This document shows positions 10,255 through 23,878 of a stretch of DNA of 64,000 nt, one piece after another; position 1 is the stretch's first letter, and each line of letters opens with the position of its first letter. Under the pieces are notes generated by a model that worked only from the letters and a program-made list of their open reading frames with translations, was not told the origin of the DNA and searched no databases. A program made the translations under genes and the position numbers. Source of the stretch: Sedimentisphaerales bacterium (GTDB taxonomy: Bacteria; Planctomycetota; Phycisphaerae; Sedimentisphaerales; SM23-30); the NCBI GenBank assembly GCA_963666285.1, contig OY762711.1, one strand, 5' to 3'.

Positions 10255-11670
10255 ATGATGAAAAAACTAATGATTGTTCTTTTTATTTTAGTGCTGTTAG
10301 GTTTAATTGGCTTTGCAGCTATTAAACAGAGTGAGGCTAATAAAGACAGGTCGGTAAAGGTACGTGTAAATAAGCCTGAATTAGGAAAACTTGTTGAAAC
10401 CATTAGTGCTCCTGGTGAAATCAAACCACTTCATAGTGTTACTATTAGCGCTAAAATCTCAGGTAAGGTTATTGAACTGCCGTTTGAAGAAGGTGACGCC
10501 GTCTTTGGACCAGAATCTGGTCGTGAACCTTCAGTTCTGGTAAATATTGACAGTAGCGACCTGGAATCTGATCTTAATATCAGCCAGGCCCGTCGTGAAT
10601 CCCAGGTTATGCAAATTGAAGTTGCCAAGGTTGATATTGAAAACAGGGAATCCAGCCTTCGCGAAGCAGAAATTCAGCTTGCCCAAAAAGAAAAAGACCT
10701 GGAACGTAGTTTGAAGCTGCTGCAAAGTAACGATGTCACTGAAACTTCAGTTGAAGAGCTGCAGGTTGCTGTTGAACAGTTAAAGATCAAGGTTAAATCT
10801 AGCCAGAATGCAATTAAGGTTGCTAAAGTTGACTTGAAAGTGAGGGAAAATGAGCTAAAAATAGCTGATTCCAATATCCAGAGAGCCAAAGATGCCTTGG
10901 AATATGCCGAAATTTCTTCGCCTATGTCAGGTGTGATTACTCAGATTCATGTGAAAGCCGGCGAGATGGTAACTGGTGCCGTTAATTATACCGGTACTCC
11001 TATGATGGTTGTTGCCGATCTGTCAAAGATGCTATTAGCCGCAAAGGTTGACGAAATTGATATTGGCAAGGTTAAAGAAGGGCAAAAAGCCAAGGTTAAG
11101 CTTCATGCCTGGCCGGATGAAAGATTTGAAGGGGTTGTTCATAAGAAATCGCTGGTTTTGCTTGACAGCCGCACCGGTTCAAAGGTGTGTGATGTTGAGA
11201 TAATGCTGGATAATGCCGATGGCCGTATACTTTCGGGCATGACAGCTGATGCTGAGATTGAAATTAAAGTTCACGAAAACATTTTGACTGTCCCGTCACA
11301 GTCAGTTCTTGGTTGTGAGTGGGAAACGCTTCCTAAAGAAATTCGTGATGGCAGCGAGCTTATAAATAAGGAAAAAACATATACTCCAGTTGTTTTCCGT
11401 CTTATTGATGGCAAAGCTCATGCTACTCCTGTCAGGATTGGTCCAAGTGATCTTACAAATACTGTAATCGAAGCCGGACTTTCAATAGATGACCTGGTTG
11501 TGACAGGCCCTTATAAAGAGCTTGAACAAATGAATCATGGCAAGATAATCAAGGATGAGAATGCTAAAGAGGATAGGCAGGGCGATAAAGACTTCGCTGA
11601 CAAAGCTGATGACCAGGAGGTCGATAAAGATAACTCAGAAGATAGCCAATCAGAAGAACCGGTTCAGTAA
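10255..11670 (+). CDS. MacA-like periplasmic adaptor of an ABC exporter
   Basis: N-terminal TM, ISAKISGKVIEL, coiled coil, ISSPMSGVI, VDEIDIGKVKEGQ, GMTADAEI. The start is chosen at MMKK; the ORF track extends to 10201. Confidence 0.85.
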   Translation: MMKKLMIVLFILVLLGLIGFAAIKQSEANKDRSVKVRVNKPELGKLVETISAPGEIKPLHSVTISAKISGKVIELPFEEGDAVFGPESGREPSVLVNIDSSDLESDLNISQARRESQVMQIEVAKVDIENRESSLREAEIQLAQKEKDLERSLKLLQSNDVTETSVEELQVAVEQLKIKVKSSQNAIKVAKVDLKVRENELKIADSNIQRAKDALEYAEISSPMSGVITQIHVKAGEMVTGAVNYTGTPMMVVADLSKMLLAAKVDEIDIGKVKEGQKAKVKLHAWPDERFEGVVHKKSLVLLDSRTGSKVCDVEIMLDNADGRILSGMTADAEIEIKVHENILTVPSQSVLGCEWETLPKEIRDGSELINKEKTYTPVVFRLIDGKAHATPVRIGPSDLTNTVIEAGLSIDDLVVTGPYKELEQMNHGKIIKDENAKEDRQGDKDFADKADDQEVDKDNSEDSQSEEPVQ

Positions 11671-12383
11671 TGTTTGAAGGTAATATGCTAATTAAATTAG
11701 AACAAATACAACGTCAATATAAAATGGGTTCTGAAACTGTTCATGCTCTGGATTTTGTTGATCTTGAAATAAATGAAAATGAATATGTTGCAGTTATGGG
11801 TGCTTCCGGGTCAGGCAAGAGCACGCTCATGAATATTATTGGATGTCTGGACCGTGCTACCGGCGGTAAATATTTACTTGATGGCCAGGATACTACTCGG
11901 ATGAATGCCGCCCAGCTTGCTTCAGTTCGCAACAAGCAGATAGGTTTTGTCTTTCAGACTTTTGAACTGCTGCCCAGGACCAGCGCTCTGAAAAACGTCG
12001 AAATGCCGCTGATATACTCGAAAGGAACCGCCTGGCATAAACGCCGCAGCCTTGCGATGAAGGCCCTGGAAAAGGTTGGTCTTCAGGACAGGGTTACTCA
12101 TAAACCCAATCAAATGTCTGGCGGAGAGCGGCAGAGGGTAGCCGTTGCCAGATCTTTGATTTGTGAACCCAGTATTCTGCTTGCCGATGAGCCTACCGGT
12201 AATCTGGATAGTAAAAATAGCGAGATTATCCTGAACCTGTTCGATAATTTGCACAATGAAGGGCAGACTATTGTTATGGTCACTCATGAAGAAGATGTGG
12301 CTAAACATGCAAAGCGTATTATTCGCATGAAAGATGGCAGAATTGTTTCCGATGAAACCGGGGAAGGCGGTGCGGTTAAATGA
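11670..12383 (+). CDS. ABC transporter ATP-binding protein (MacB/LolD type)
   Basis: Walker A GASGSGKST, signature MSGGERQR, Walker B LLADEPTGNLD, H-loop VTHE. TAATG overlap with the upstream gene. Confidence 0.95.
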   Translation: MFEGNMLIKLEQIQRQYKMGSETVHALDFVDLEINENEYVAVMGASGSGKSTLMNIIGCLDRATGGKYLLDGQDTTRMNAAQLASVRNKQIGFVFQTFELLPRTSALKNVEMPLIYSKGTAWHKRRSLAMKALEKVGLQDRVTHKPNQMSGGERQRVAVARSLICEPSILLADEPTGNLDSKNSEIILNLFDNLHNEGQTIVMVTHEEDVAKHAKRIIRMKDGRIVSDETGEGGAVK

Positions 12384-13636
12384 TAATATTGCGTTTTGTC
12401 TATCATATATTTGTTTTTCTGATCCAGAGTGTCCTTCTTGCTCTTGGACAGATCAGGTCAAATAAAACCAGGTCTGTTCTTACTACCGTTGGTATTGTTA
12501 TAGGCGTTGCCTCGGTTACAGCTGTTATTGCTTCATTGGCCGGACTGAAAGCAAAGGTACTTACCGAGTTTCAGGGATACGGCAGCAATATGATCTGGGT
12601 TTCACCGGATAGGCCCAAGGAGGGACCCTGGAAAAATGTTTCCTGGGAGAAAATCAGACTCTATCCAAGTGAATTTGATGGTGTTCTGGATAAGTGCCCA
12701 TCTATTGAAGTCTATAGCTTATGTACCGATCACTATGGTATGTCGGCCAGTTTTAGCGATCAGCAGTTGGATAATGTGCGACTCAGAGGTATCGGCCATT
12801 CAATGTTCGAGATTGAAAAAAGGAAAATTGTTCTCGGCAGACCGTTTTCTGTTATCGATCAGGAACAAAAACGGCAGGTCTGTCTTATTACCAAAACAGT
12901 ACAGCAGCAGTTGAAATTAAATAAAGATTGTATTGGTCAGCTTATTGACATTCAGGGAAAGACTTTTAATGTTATTGGTGTTGTTGAAGAGAAAAACTCT
13001 GTGTTTGATATGGGCAATGCCGGCAAAGAGATCTTTATCCCTTTTGAAACGGCATGGAAATTATGGCGACCATGGATGCATGTTATGCTCAACAGCAAAG
13101 CTCCCGAAGTTACTGAAGAAGGACTTGCCGAGCTTCGTTTCTTTTTAAGGACTAAAAAACGTGTATATCCCGGTGATGCAGAGCCGTTTAGAGTTCAATC
13201 GCTGGAGAATGAATTGGAAAAATTTAACAAGCTTTCCAGTGCAGTAACAGCTATTGCTGGCGGGGTAGTTAGTGTTTCCTTGCTGGTTGGTGGTATAGGT
13301 ATTATGAATATCATGCTGGTTTCTGTTTCAGAACGTACCAGGGAAATCGGCCTTCGGAAAGCAGTTGGGGCCAGACCTTCTGCTATTATGCTTCAGTTCT
13401 TGATCGAAGCTATAGTGTTATGTTTGTTAGGGGGGCTTATCGGTATTGGTCTTGGTTATTTGTTGACCCTTGGAATCAGTAAAATACCTGATGCTCAACT
13501 TGAAAAAGCCTTTGTCCCTATGTGGGCTATATGGCTGGCGTTTGGTTTCTCTGCTTTTGTTGGTATTTTCTTTGGTTTTTTCCCGGCGTTCAAAGCGTCC
13601 AGGCTTGACCCGATCGCGGCTCTAAGGTATGAGTAA
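12380..13636 (+). CDS. MacB/FtsX-family ABC permease
   Basis: RSVLTTVGIVIGVASV; VGGIGIMNIMLVSVSERTREIGLRKAVGA; PAFKASRLDPIAALRYE. Confidence 0.93.
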   Translation: MIILRFVYHIFVFLIQSVLLALGQIRSNKTRSVLTTVGIVIGVASVTAVIASLAGLKAKVLTEFQGYGSNMIWVSPDRPKEGPWKNVSWEKIRLYPSEFDGVLDKCPSIEVYSLCTDHYGMSASFSDQQLDNVRLRGIGHSMFEIEKRKIVLGRPFSVIDQEQKRQVCLITKTVQQQLKLNKDCIGQLIDIQGKTFNVIGVVEEKNSVFDMGNAGKEIFIPFETAWKLWRPWMHVMLNSKAPEVTEEGLAELRFFLRTKKRVYPGDAEPFRVQSLENELEKFNKLSSAVTAIAGGVVSVSLLVGGIGIMNIMLVSVSERTREIGLRKAVGARPSAIMLQFLIEAIVLCLLGGLIGIGLGYLLTLGISKIPDAQLEKAFVPMWAIWLAFGFSAFVGIFFGFFPAFKASRLDPIAALRYE

Positions 13637-13663
13637 AACTTACTTTTTTGTTTAAGGTGTGTT

Positions 13664-15301
13664 GTGATAATGGTTAATAAAAAATATTATATATTTTTAC
13701 TTGTTGTGTGTTGTGCTGTTGCAGGTTGCGTTGAGAAAACTCGTCTGGATAAGTACGATACAACTAAGTTTAACACAAAACAGCTAAGTGTTATCGATAA
13801 GGTTGAACTTCAGCCGGCAGAAGACCAGTCTATGGACCGCGCCCCAAACTTTTTTAGTGAACCACAGGAGATTCCCAAAGAGCTTTCTATCGAAAAATGC
13901 CGTCAGTTAGCCTTGCAAAATAATCTCGATCTGAAAGTCAGCCTGATCGAACCTGAAATTGCCCGCGAAGATCTTAAGGCAGCCCATGCTGCTTTTGAAC
14001 CGCTATTTGTTTCAGGATTTAATTTTATTACAAATGATTTCCCTGATGAATATGACGAGACTGAACGTGTCAGTAGTTATGGCAGGTTAAATTTCCCGTT
14101 AGTTACTGGAGGTGATGTTAGTTTCTATTTCCCTTTTAGTAGAACTCAAAAAGAAGGTCAGGACTATTATTACACTGACCCTGTTACAGGTGAAACTACC
14201 TTAATTCAACAGCAAAACAGCTATTATGATACTGATTTTTCTATTAGCTTTTCTCAACCTCTGCTTAGAGGTGGAGGAATATCCGTTAATACTAACTATA
14301 TTCGCCAGGCAAGTTATAATGCTAAGTCCAAGCTGGCTCAGGCGAAACTTCAGGCAATGTGGATTCTTTCTGCCATTGATCGGGCATATTGGTATTTATA
14401 CGCGGCACAGGAAGTTCTTAAAGTGCGAAAGTTAGACTATGACCTGGCTAAGGCTCAATATGACCAGGCTAAACGAATGGTTGATGCCGGCCAGATGAAA
14501 GAAATAGAGGTTATCAGGGCCGAATCTGCCCTGGCTGAGCGGCTTAATGGCATAATTAAAGCTGATAATAACCTGAGAGATCGACAAAGAGATTTGAAAC
14601 TGATTATAAATTCTCCTGATATGGCACTGGAGTCAGATTTCGTCTATATTACTGATACTGAGCCTGTACCGGTTAAGTATAATGTTGATCAGAACGAAAT
14701 GCTGGAATATGCCATGAACCGACGTGTTGAACTGTTTCAGGTAGAGCTTTCGCTGGCTTCCAGTGAAAGTGCTATAGAGTATCAAAAGAATTCTCTGCTG
14801 CCTTACCTTGGTCTGGAATATACCTATAATATTAGTGGCTCTGGATATAATTCTAATGCTGCTTTTGATCAGTTAGATAATAATAGTTTTAAAGATTATT
14901 CTTTAGGGCTGTCTTTGCAAATTCCACTTGGTAATCAGGTTGCCAAAAGCAGCTATCGAAAGGCAATCCTGCAAAAACAGATTGTTGAAACGAATAAACA
15001 GTTGCAAATCAGGACAATTACCCAGGAAGTATTGAATGCTGTTGATGCTCTTGAGTCTAATTGGAATGCTGTTTTAGCTTCACAGAAAAGTGCCGAACTG
15101 GCTCTGCGTACTCTGGAAGCTGAGCAGCGGCAATTTAAGCTTGGCATGCAGACTTCAACCGAAGTCCTAAACGCCCAGACAAGATATGCCAATACATTGC
15201 TTTCCAGGTTGCAGGCGCTGGTAGATTATCAAATTTCTCAGGTTGACCTCTGTGCTGCTGTAGGTGGGTTGAATCAGGCTGCAAGACTTAGCTTTGATTA
15301 A
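13664..15301 (+). CDS. TolC-family outer-membrane channel (lipoprotein-type signal)
   Basis: Lipobox AVAGC; LALQNNLDLKV; SQPLLRGGG; AEQRQFKLGMQTSTEVLNAQ. Completes a MacAB-TolC-type cluster. Confidence 0.85.
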   Translation: MIMVNKKYYIFLLVVCCAVAGCVEKTRLDKYDTTKFNTKQLSVIDKVELQPAEDQSMDRAPNFFSEPQEIPKELSIEKCRQLALQNNLDLKVSLIEPEIAREDLKAAHAAFEPLFVSGFNFITNDFPDEYDETERVSSYGRLNFPLVTGGDVSFYFPFSRTQKEGQDYYYTDPVTGETTLIQQQNSYYDTDFSISFSQPLLRGGGISVNTNYIRQASYNAKSKLAQAKLQAMWILSAIDRAYWYLYAAQEVLKVRKLDYDLAKAQYDQAKRMVDAGQMKEIEVIRAESALAERLNGIIKADNNLRDRQRDLKLIINSPDMALESDFVYITDTEPVPVKYNVDQNEMLEYAMNRRVELFQVELSLASSESAIEYQKNSLLPYLGLEYTYNISGSGYNSNAAFDQLDNNSFKDYSLGLSLQIPLGNQVAKSSYRKAILQKQIVETNKQLQIRTITQEVLNAVDALESNWNAVLASQKSAELALRTLEAEQRQFKLGMQTSTEVLNAQTRYANTLLSRLQALVDYQISQVDLCAAVGGLNQAARLSFD

Positions 15302-15357
15302 AAAAATGCGTGAAAACTCCTTTTGAACTGTTATAATGTGAAATATATTTGTTGTAG

Positions 15358-19281
<3,924 letters not shown>

Positions 19282-19380
19282 GTTAAAATGTATCAATTAC
19301 TTGCGAACGTCTGATGTGCAAGTTACATCTAAGTTTTTTGCTTATTTATATATTTGTAATTGTTTAGATAATGTTAAAAT

Positions 19381-19418
19381 AAAGCAGGTGTTATTATTTT
19401 ATTGACACCTGCTTTTTT
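19381..19418 (+). terminator. Rho-independent terminator
   Basis: AAAGCAGGTGT...ACACCTGCTTT hairpin followed by a T run, downstream of the GH2 gene. Confidence 0.75.
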
Positions 19419-19736
19419 ATGTAAAGTTATTCATGCTAGTGTTTTAGGTCAAAGTATATAATTTTTGTTTGTATGGATTCTTTTCTATATGAGGGATTTT
19501 GCTTGTTTTTCAGTCGGTTGTCTTTATAATAATATTTTGAGGAGTTCTTATTATTTGTGTGTTCTCATAATACACAACTTTTATTTTTTTTGTTTTTGAA
19601 ATATACACTTTTAAAAAATGTGTATGTTGGATTTGTAAATACTTTTATTAATTGTGTTTATGATAGGGTTTTCCAGGTCTGGAGATCTGGGGAGAATATG
19701 TTTTATAGAGTGCAAGCTCTGAAAGGTGAGGAAACT

Positions 19737-20510
19737 ATGAAGAAGTTTGTGTTTATTTTTGCGCTTATTGCGTTTGTCAATTTCGTTAACGCGGCTGAAA
19801 CCATTACTCTGCTTGATTATTCTCAAAATTGGGGTAGCTATGTGAGAAATGGCGCTTCTCAAGAAATTAATACAGATCAGCCAAGAAATGGAAATGGGTC
19901 ACTGATGCAGTCTACTACTTCAGGGTCTGATAAAGCAATTGCATATTTTAATACTGGTACTTCATTAGGGACGCTTGGGGATTTTGCGGCAGGAAATACT
20001 GTAATTAGTTTTGATTATTATCGAGATGGTAGTAGTACTGCAGCTGCTCATTTGGCTCCTGCTTTTGAACTTGCAGTTAGTACTGATTCTGATACTGATA
20101 TAGAATATTATATTAAATGGGAAGCTGCATATAATAATGGCACGAGTTCAATTGTTACTGATATATGGAACTCTACTGGTAATATTGCTAATGAAAATTG
20201 GTGGATATGGGATGTGGTAAATGGGCAGGCAATCACATCGTATAATTATACTTTAGCTGATTGGTCTGTTGGTTCAATTTTACAAGATCTTAATGGTGAC
20301 GCTTCTGTTCTATATTGTGATATAAGTCTTGGTTCTGGCTGGAATGATTCATATTTGGGTTATGTTGATAATGTATCACTTACTGTTGCAGGTGGAACAT
20401 CTTATGTTTCAAATTTTGAATCAGTAGCTGCTGTGCCTGCTCCGGGAGCTATCTTGCTGGCCGGTCTTGGCACAGCTTGTGTCGGCAGAATCCGTCGCTT
20501 TACTAAGTAA
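19737..20510 (+). CDS. Secreted protein with PEP-CTERM-like (VPAPGA) sorting tail
   Basis: ATG 19737 follows GAAAGGTGAGG. Signal peptide MKKFVFIFALIAFVNFVNA; C-terminal VPAPGAILLAGLGTACVGRIRR (motif + TM + Arg cluster). Confidence 0.8.
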   Translation: MKKFVFIFALIAFVNFVNAAETITLLDYSQNWGSYVRNGASQEINTDQPRNGNGSLMQSTTSGSDKAIAYFNTGTSLGTLGDFAAGNTVISFDYYRDGSSTAAAHLAPAFELAVSTDSDTDIEYYIKWEAAYNNGTSSIVTDIWNSTGNIANENWWIWDVVNGQAITSYNYTLADWSVGSILQDLNGDASVLYCDISLGSGWNDSYLGYVDNVSLTVAGGTSYVSNFESVAAVPAPGAILLAGLGTACVGRIRRFTK

Positions 20511-20537
20511 TTCTTCTTACAAATATTTTTGATGTTT

Positions 20538-20571
20538 AATAACCGGCTGCTCTTATGGGTAGCTGGTTATT
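20538..20571 (+). terminator. Hairpin / probable terminator between the two PEP-CTERM-like genes
   Basis: AATAACCGGCTGCTC / GGGTAGCTGGTTATT inverted repeat (with G-U pairs). Confidence 0.55.
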
Positions 20572-20623
20572 ATTAATAACAATGGGTTTTTAAAATTTAT
20601 TTATTTGGAAAGGTGAGAATACT

Positions 20624-21709
20624 ATGAAAAAAATGATTGTATTGTTGTTGGCATTTTGTGTGTCAATTGTTTCAGCTGATACCTTTGAAGATGGTGGCAA
20701 CCGTCTTTTAGGTTTGCAAAATGATGATGGTGGCTGGGATTGGCCGCTTGATAATGGTGACCCGGCAACTGGTAGTGCAAATAACACTGCTGCTCCAATT
20801 GCGATGGGCCTTCTGGCTGCTTATGAGCAGACAGGCGATTCTGCTTATTTGGCAGGGGCTGTTGAAGCAGGTGAGTTTATCAAGGCTGTTTCTCCTCCAC
20901 ATTCAACAGGAAACGGTATTTTTATGTCAGAGTTGTCAAAGGTTACCGGTGACGCATCTTATGTTGCTGATGTAAAATCAGAGTTTTATGATGCTCTGGA
21001 AGGCGGTGTCTATGATAAAGATGGAACTGATTATGGAATTACTGGTTATGCCGACTATATCATTGGAAGAAGATCTGGTGGTTATACAGATCTCGCCGCT
21101 TGGGATATTGGTCTGGCCGCTGCCGGTGCTGTAAAAGTTGGCTGCGATCAAAGCGTATTGACTGATTGGGCAGATGCTTTGGATTCGGGTTTAGAATCTT
21201 GGGAATATGAGTATGGCTCTGCAGCTGGCTCTTCATATTATAATGTTCTTGGATTGGCTGGTGGTGTCTATGGTTTTGCTGCACTAGGTCAGGAAACGCT
21301 TGATCTAACAGGTTGTGATTTGGAAACGATTGGAATCACATCACTAACAGAACTGGCAGACCTTCTCGCTTCATATCAGACTGAAAGTGGTGGATTTTCA
21401 AAGTATTCTCAATATGTGAATTCTTTGTATGCTGGTGCTCAGGCAACATCTTATGCCATTTTGGCCCTTAGTGAAGTTGATTCTGTTAAATATGCATCAC
21501 AAATCAGCAAAGCAGCCCAGTGGCTAATGGATATCCAGCTTAGCACAGGTGGTTGGTCAGGTGCCTGGGAGGGGATTGGTAGTGAAAATAACGAAATTAC
21601 TGGTGAAGCTCTTTGGGCTACTTCAGTTGCTGTTCCTGCTCCTGGTGCTATTCTACTGGCCGGTCTTGGTACCGCATGTGTTGGTAGAATTCGTCGTAGA
21701 ATAAGATAA
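20624..21709 (+). CDS. Secreted protein with QW-like (prenyltransferase/squalene-cyclase-type) repeats and PEP-CTERM-like tail
   Basis: Signal peptide; repeats LQNDDGGW, YQTESGGF, IQLSTGGW; same VPAPGAILLAGLGTACVGRIRR tail. Confidence 0.78.
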   Translation: MKKMIVLLLAFCVSIVSADTFEDGGNRLLGLQNDDGGWDWPLDNGDPATGSANNTAAPIAMGLLAAYEQTGDSAYLAGAVEAGEFIKAVSPPHSTGNGIFMSELSKVTGDASYVADVKSEFYDALEGGVYDKDGTDYGITGYADYIIGRRSGGYTDLAAWDIGLAAAGAVKVGCDQSVLTDWADALDSGLESWEYEYGSAAGSSYYNVLGLAGGVYGFAALGQETLDLTGCDLETIGITSLTELADLLASYQTESGGFSKYSQYVNSLYAGAQATSYAILALSEVDSVKYASQISKAAQWLMDIQLSTGGWSGAWEGIGSENNEITGEALWATSVAVPAPGAILLAGLGTACVGRIRRRIR

Positions 21710-21739
21710 GTGATTAACAGTATTTTTTTATAACCAGTT

Positions 21740-21775
21740 AAACCGGTTGTCATATTTATGGCATCCGGTTTTTTT
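21740..21775 (+). terminator. Rho-independent terminator
   Basis: AAACCGGTTGTCATA / TATGGCATCCGGTTT followed by a T run. Confidence 0.7.
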
Positions 21776-22031
21776 ATTCGTTGTTTATTTGACTTTAACA
21801 TTAGTCTGCACTAAGATATTAATTGTAGTTCAATCTTTAAGTTTTTGTAAAATAAAGCCTTATGTCGCAAGTTTGTATTTTGGATTATTAGTTTTTTTTA
21901 TTTGAACTATGCATATCTTTTATCGTATAATCTGAATAAATAGATGTAAGCAGGTTTTAATAACTATTTGCTTATTCTAAAACAGTAAAGGCAAACCAGC
22001 GGTTTGCTCATTGGTATTAACAATAAATATA

Positions 22032-22088
22032 GTCTCCAAGCGAAGCGAGGATAAATCCAAGTGAGGCTTGGTCTCCAAGCGAAGCGAG
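22032..22088. repeat. 18-bp direct repeat GTCTCCAAGCGAAGCGAG (two copies, 39-bp period)
   Basis: Exact copies at 22032-22049 and 22071-22088, just upstream of the oxidoreductase gene. Confidence 0.8.
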
Positions 22089-22120
22089 TTCTAGTTCAGA
22101 CAAAGTCTGGCGAGGTTTGA

Positions 22121-23527
22121 ATGAAATACGATTATGACATTATTTGCATTGGTTTAGGTCCGGCAGGCATGGCGGTCTCTATTATGGGCAGCGAAATGGG
22201 CCTAAAGGTCTGCGCTATCGAAAAGAACAAGATCGGCGGCGAATGCATGAATTGCGGCTGTATACCCAGCAAAGCACTTCTGCGTATCGCCAAGTTCCGT
22301 CACAACCTCACCGGCTTTGCCAAAAAACGGCTAAGTGAAACGCCATTGCCGGAAGTTGGCGACATCTTCTCCAAAATTGCTGACGACCTCAAATATATCA
22401 ACGAAAAGAAAACCGTTAATATGTTCGATAAATGCGACCTCATCCTTGGCCAGGGGGCTGCAAGTTTTGTCGATGACCATACTGTCCAGGTTGGAGACCG
22501 AAAAATTACCGGCAAAAGAATCTATATTGCCGCCGGCACCAAACCGCAGATCCTGCCGATTGAGGGCATCGAAGATATAGACTATCTTACCAACGAAAAT
22601 GTTTTCAAACTTGAAAAGGTATCCCAAAGCATGATCGTTTGCGGTGGTGGGGCGATAGCCTGCGAAATGGCACAGGGCTACCAGCGGCTGGGCACCCAGG
22701 TTACCATGATCCAGCGTTCCGGTCATATCCTAAGCAAAAATGACCCGCAGGCCGCCGAACTGCTCGAAGAAGCTCTACGCCGCGAAGGTGTAAACCTCAT
22801 TACCGGCGATACTGTCAAATCCGCCCGCACAACCGCAATCGGCGTAGAGATAACAACCAGCAATGGCAAAATTTTCGAAGCCGAAAAGATACTGCTCGCT
22901 TCCGGTCGGGCAATGAACTTCGACAGCTTCAACCTCGAAGCCGCAGGTGTTGCCTATACCAAAAGGGGGATTACTGTCGACAAATACCTGCGTACCAGCA
23001 AAAAACACATCTATGCCGTCGGTGATTGTAACGGCTATCACTTGTTCAGCCATGCTGCCATGCACCAGGGCATGATCGCTCTTATGAATTCCATGATGCC
23101 TGGCCCGATGAAGATGAAGTTCCAGAAATTCGTTGTCCCCGCAACGATCTTTACCGAGCCGCAGATTTCGCAGGTTGGCCTGACCGAGCCTGAACTCAAG
23201 GAAAATGGTATCAAATATGAAACTCATATCGTTCGATATGATGGCTATGGCGCCGCTATCGCCGAAGATGTAGACGAAGGCTATGTCAAGGTATTCTGCA
23301 GCTCAACCGGCCGTATCTACGGCGTTGTCATCGTCGGAGAAGGCTCCGGCGAAATGATTAACGAATGGGCACTCGCCATCCAGTACAAGATTCGCATGCA
23401 CAAGGTCATGATGCTCCAGCATTCATTCCCAACCATGGGCTTCCTCAGTAAACGCGTCACCGAAGTATGGATGATGTCTAAAATGGGTTCCAGATTCATC
23501 CAGAAAATGTGCAAAAAAATGTTCTAG
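22121..23527 (+). CDS. Pyridine nucleotide-disulfide oxidoreductase (dihydrolipoamide dehydrogenase / MerA-like family)
   Basis: FAD motif GLGPAG, redox disulfide GGECMNCGCIPSK, GGGAIACE, TSKKHIYAVGD, dimerisation domain. Confidence 0.88.
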   Translation: MKYDYDIICIGLGPAGMAVSIMGSEMGLKVCAIEKNKIGGECMNCGCIPSKALLRIAKFRHNLTGFAKKRLSETPLPEVGDIFSKIADDLKYINEKKTVNMFDKCDLILGQGAASFVDDHTVQVGDRKITGKRIYIAAGTKPQILPIEGIEDIDYLTNENVFKLEKVSQSMIVCGGGAIACEMAQGYQRLGTQVTMIQRSGHILSKNDPQAAELLEEALRREGVNLITGDTVKSARTTAIGVEITTSNGKIFEAEKILLASGRAMNFDSFNLEAAGVAYTKRGITVDKYLRTSKKHIYAVGDCNGYHLFSHAAMHQGMIALMNSMMPGPMKMKFQKFVVPATIFTEPQISQVGLTEPELKENGIKYETHIVRYDGYGAAIAEDVDEGYVKVFCSSTGRIYGVVIVGEGSGEMINEWALAIQYKIRMHKVMMLQHSFPTMGFLSKRVTEVWMMSKMGSRFIQKMCKKMF

Positions 23528-23615
23528 ACTGGCAAAGCAAATAGTAGGCGGGCATATTTCGATAAATTGTTTGCGAACTGCCCGCCCGGATATTGTTTGC
23601 ACAATCCAAATATGC

Positions 23616-23720
23616 TATACCCTTTACAATTGAAATTGTCCGTTAGAGCGTGGTTTAAGTGTTTACAAGTTAAACACTTAATTTCCGAGCGACCGGGCAA
23701 AATCATATGCGAGGCGTATA
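23616..23720 (+). repeat. Copy 1 of a ~105-bp imperfect palindromic intergenic element
   Basis: TATACCC..TGAAATTGTCCGTTAGAGCGTG - inner hairpin - CCGAGCGACCGGGCAAAATCA; arms match the element at 55176-55279. Confidence 0.65.
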
Positions 23721-23721
23721 T

Positions 23722-23762
23722 AATACCCTTTGATTAGTTCAGACTGGTCAAAGGGTATTTTT
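23722..23762 (+). terminator. Rho-independent terminator
   Basis: AATACCCTTTGA...TCAAAGGGTATT followed by a T run. Confidence 0.7.
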
Positions 23763-23878
23763 ATATAGTTGTTGATTCTCGATATTGTGGCCCATAAAAT
23801 AGAGCGTAGGTTTTCTACTGAATGATGCTTGTTTTATTTGCAACTTTAATTCTGAAATAAATAATTGGTGTTAATGAT

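Noticed and set aside
21985..22015. AAAGGCAAACC resembling a c-di-GMP-I riboswitch start
   Set aside because: Only a simple GCAAACC/GGTTTGC hairpin; the GNRA loop, GACGCAAAG and second stem are absent.
22032..22088. Possible mini CRISPR array
   Set aside because: Only two 18-bp repeats with a 21-bp spacer and no cas genes.
22121..23527. merA assignment, given the metal-efflux genes in the window
   Set aside because: No NmerA domain, no C-terminal Cys-Cys pair and no mer genes nearby.
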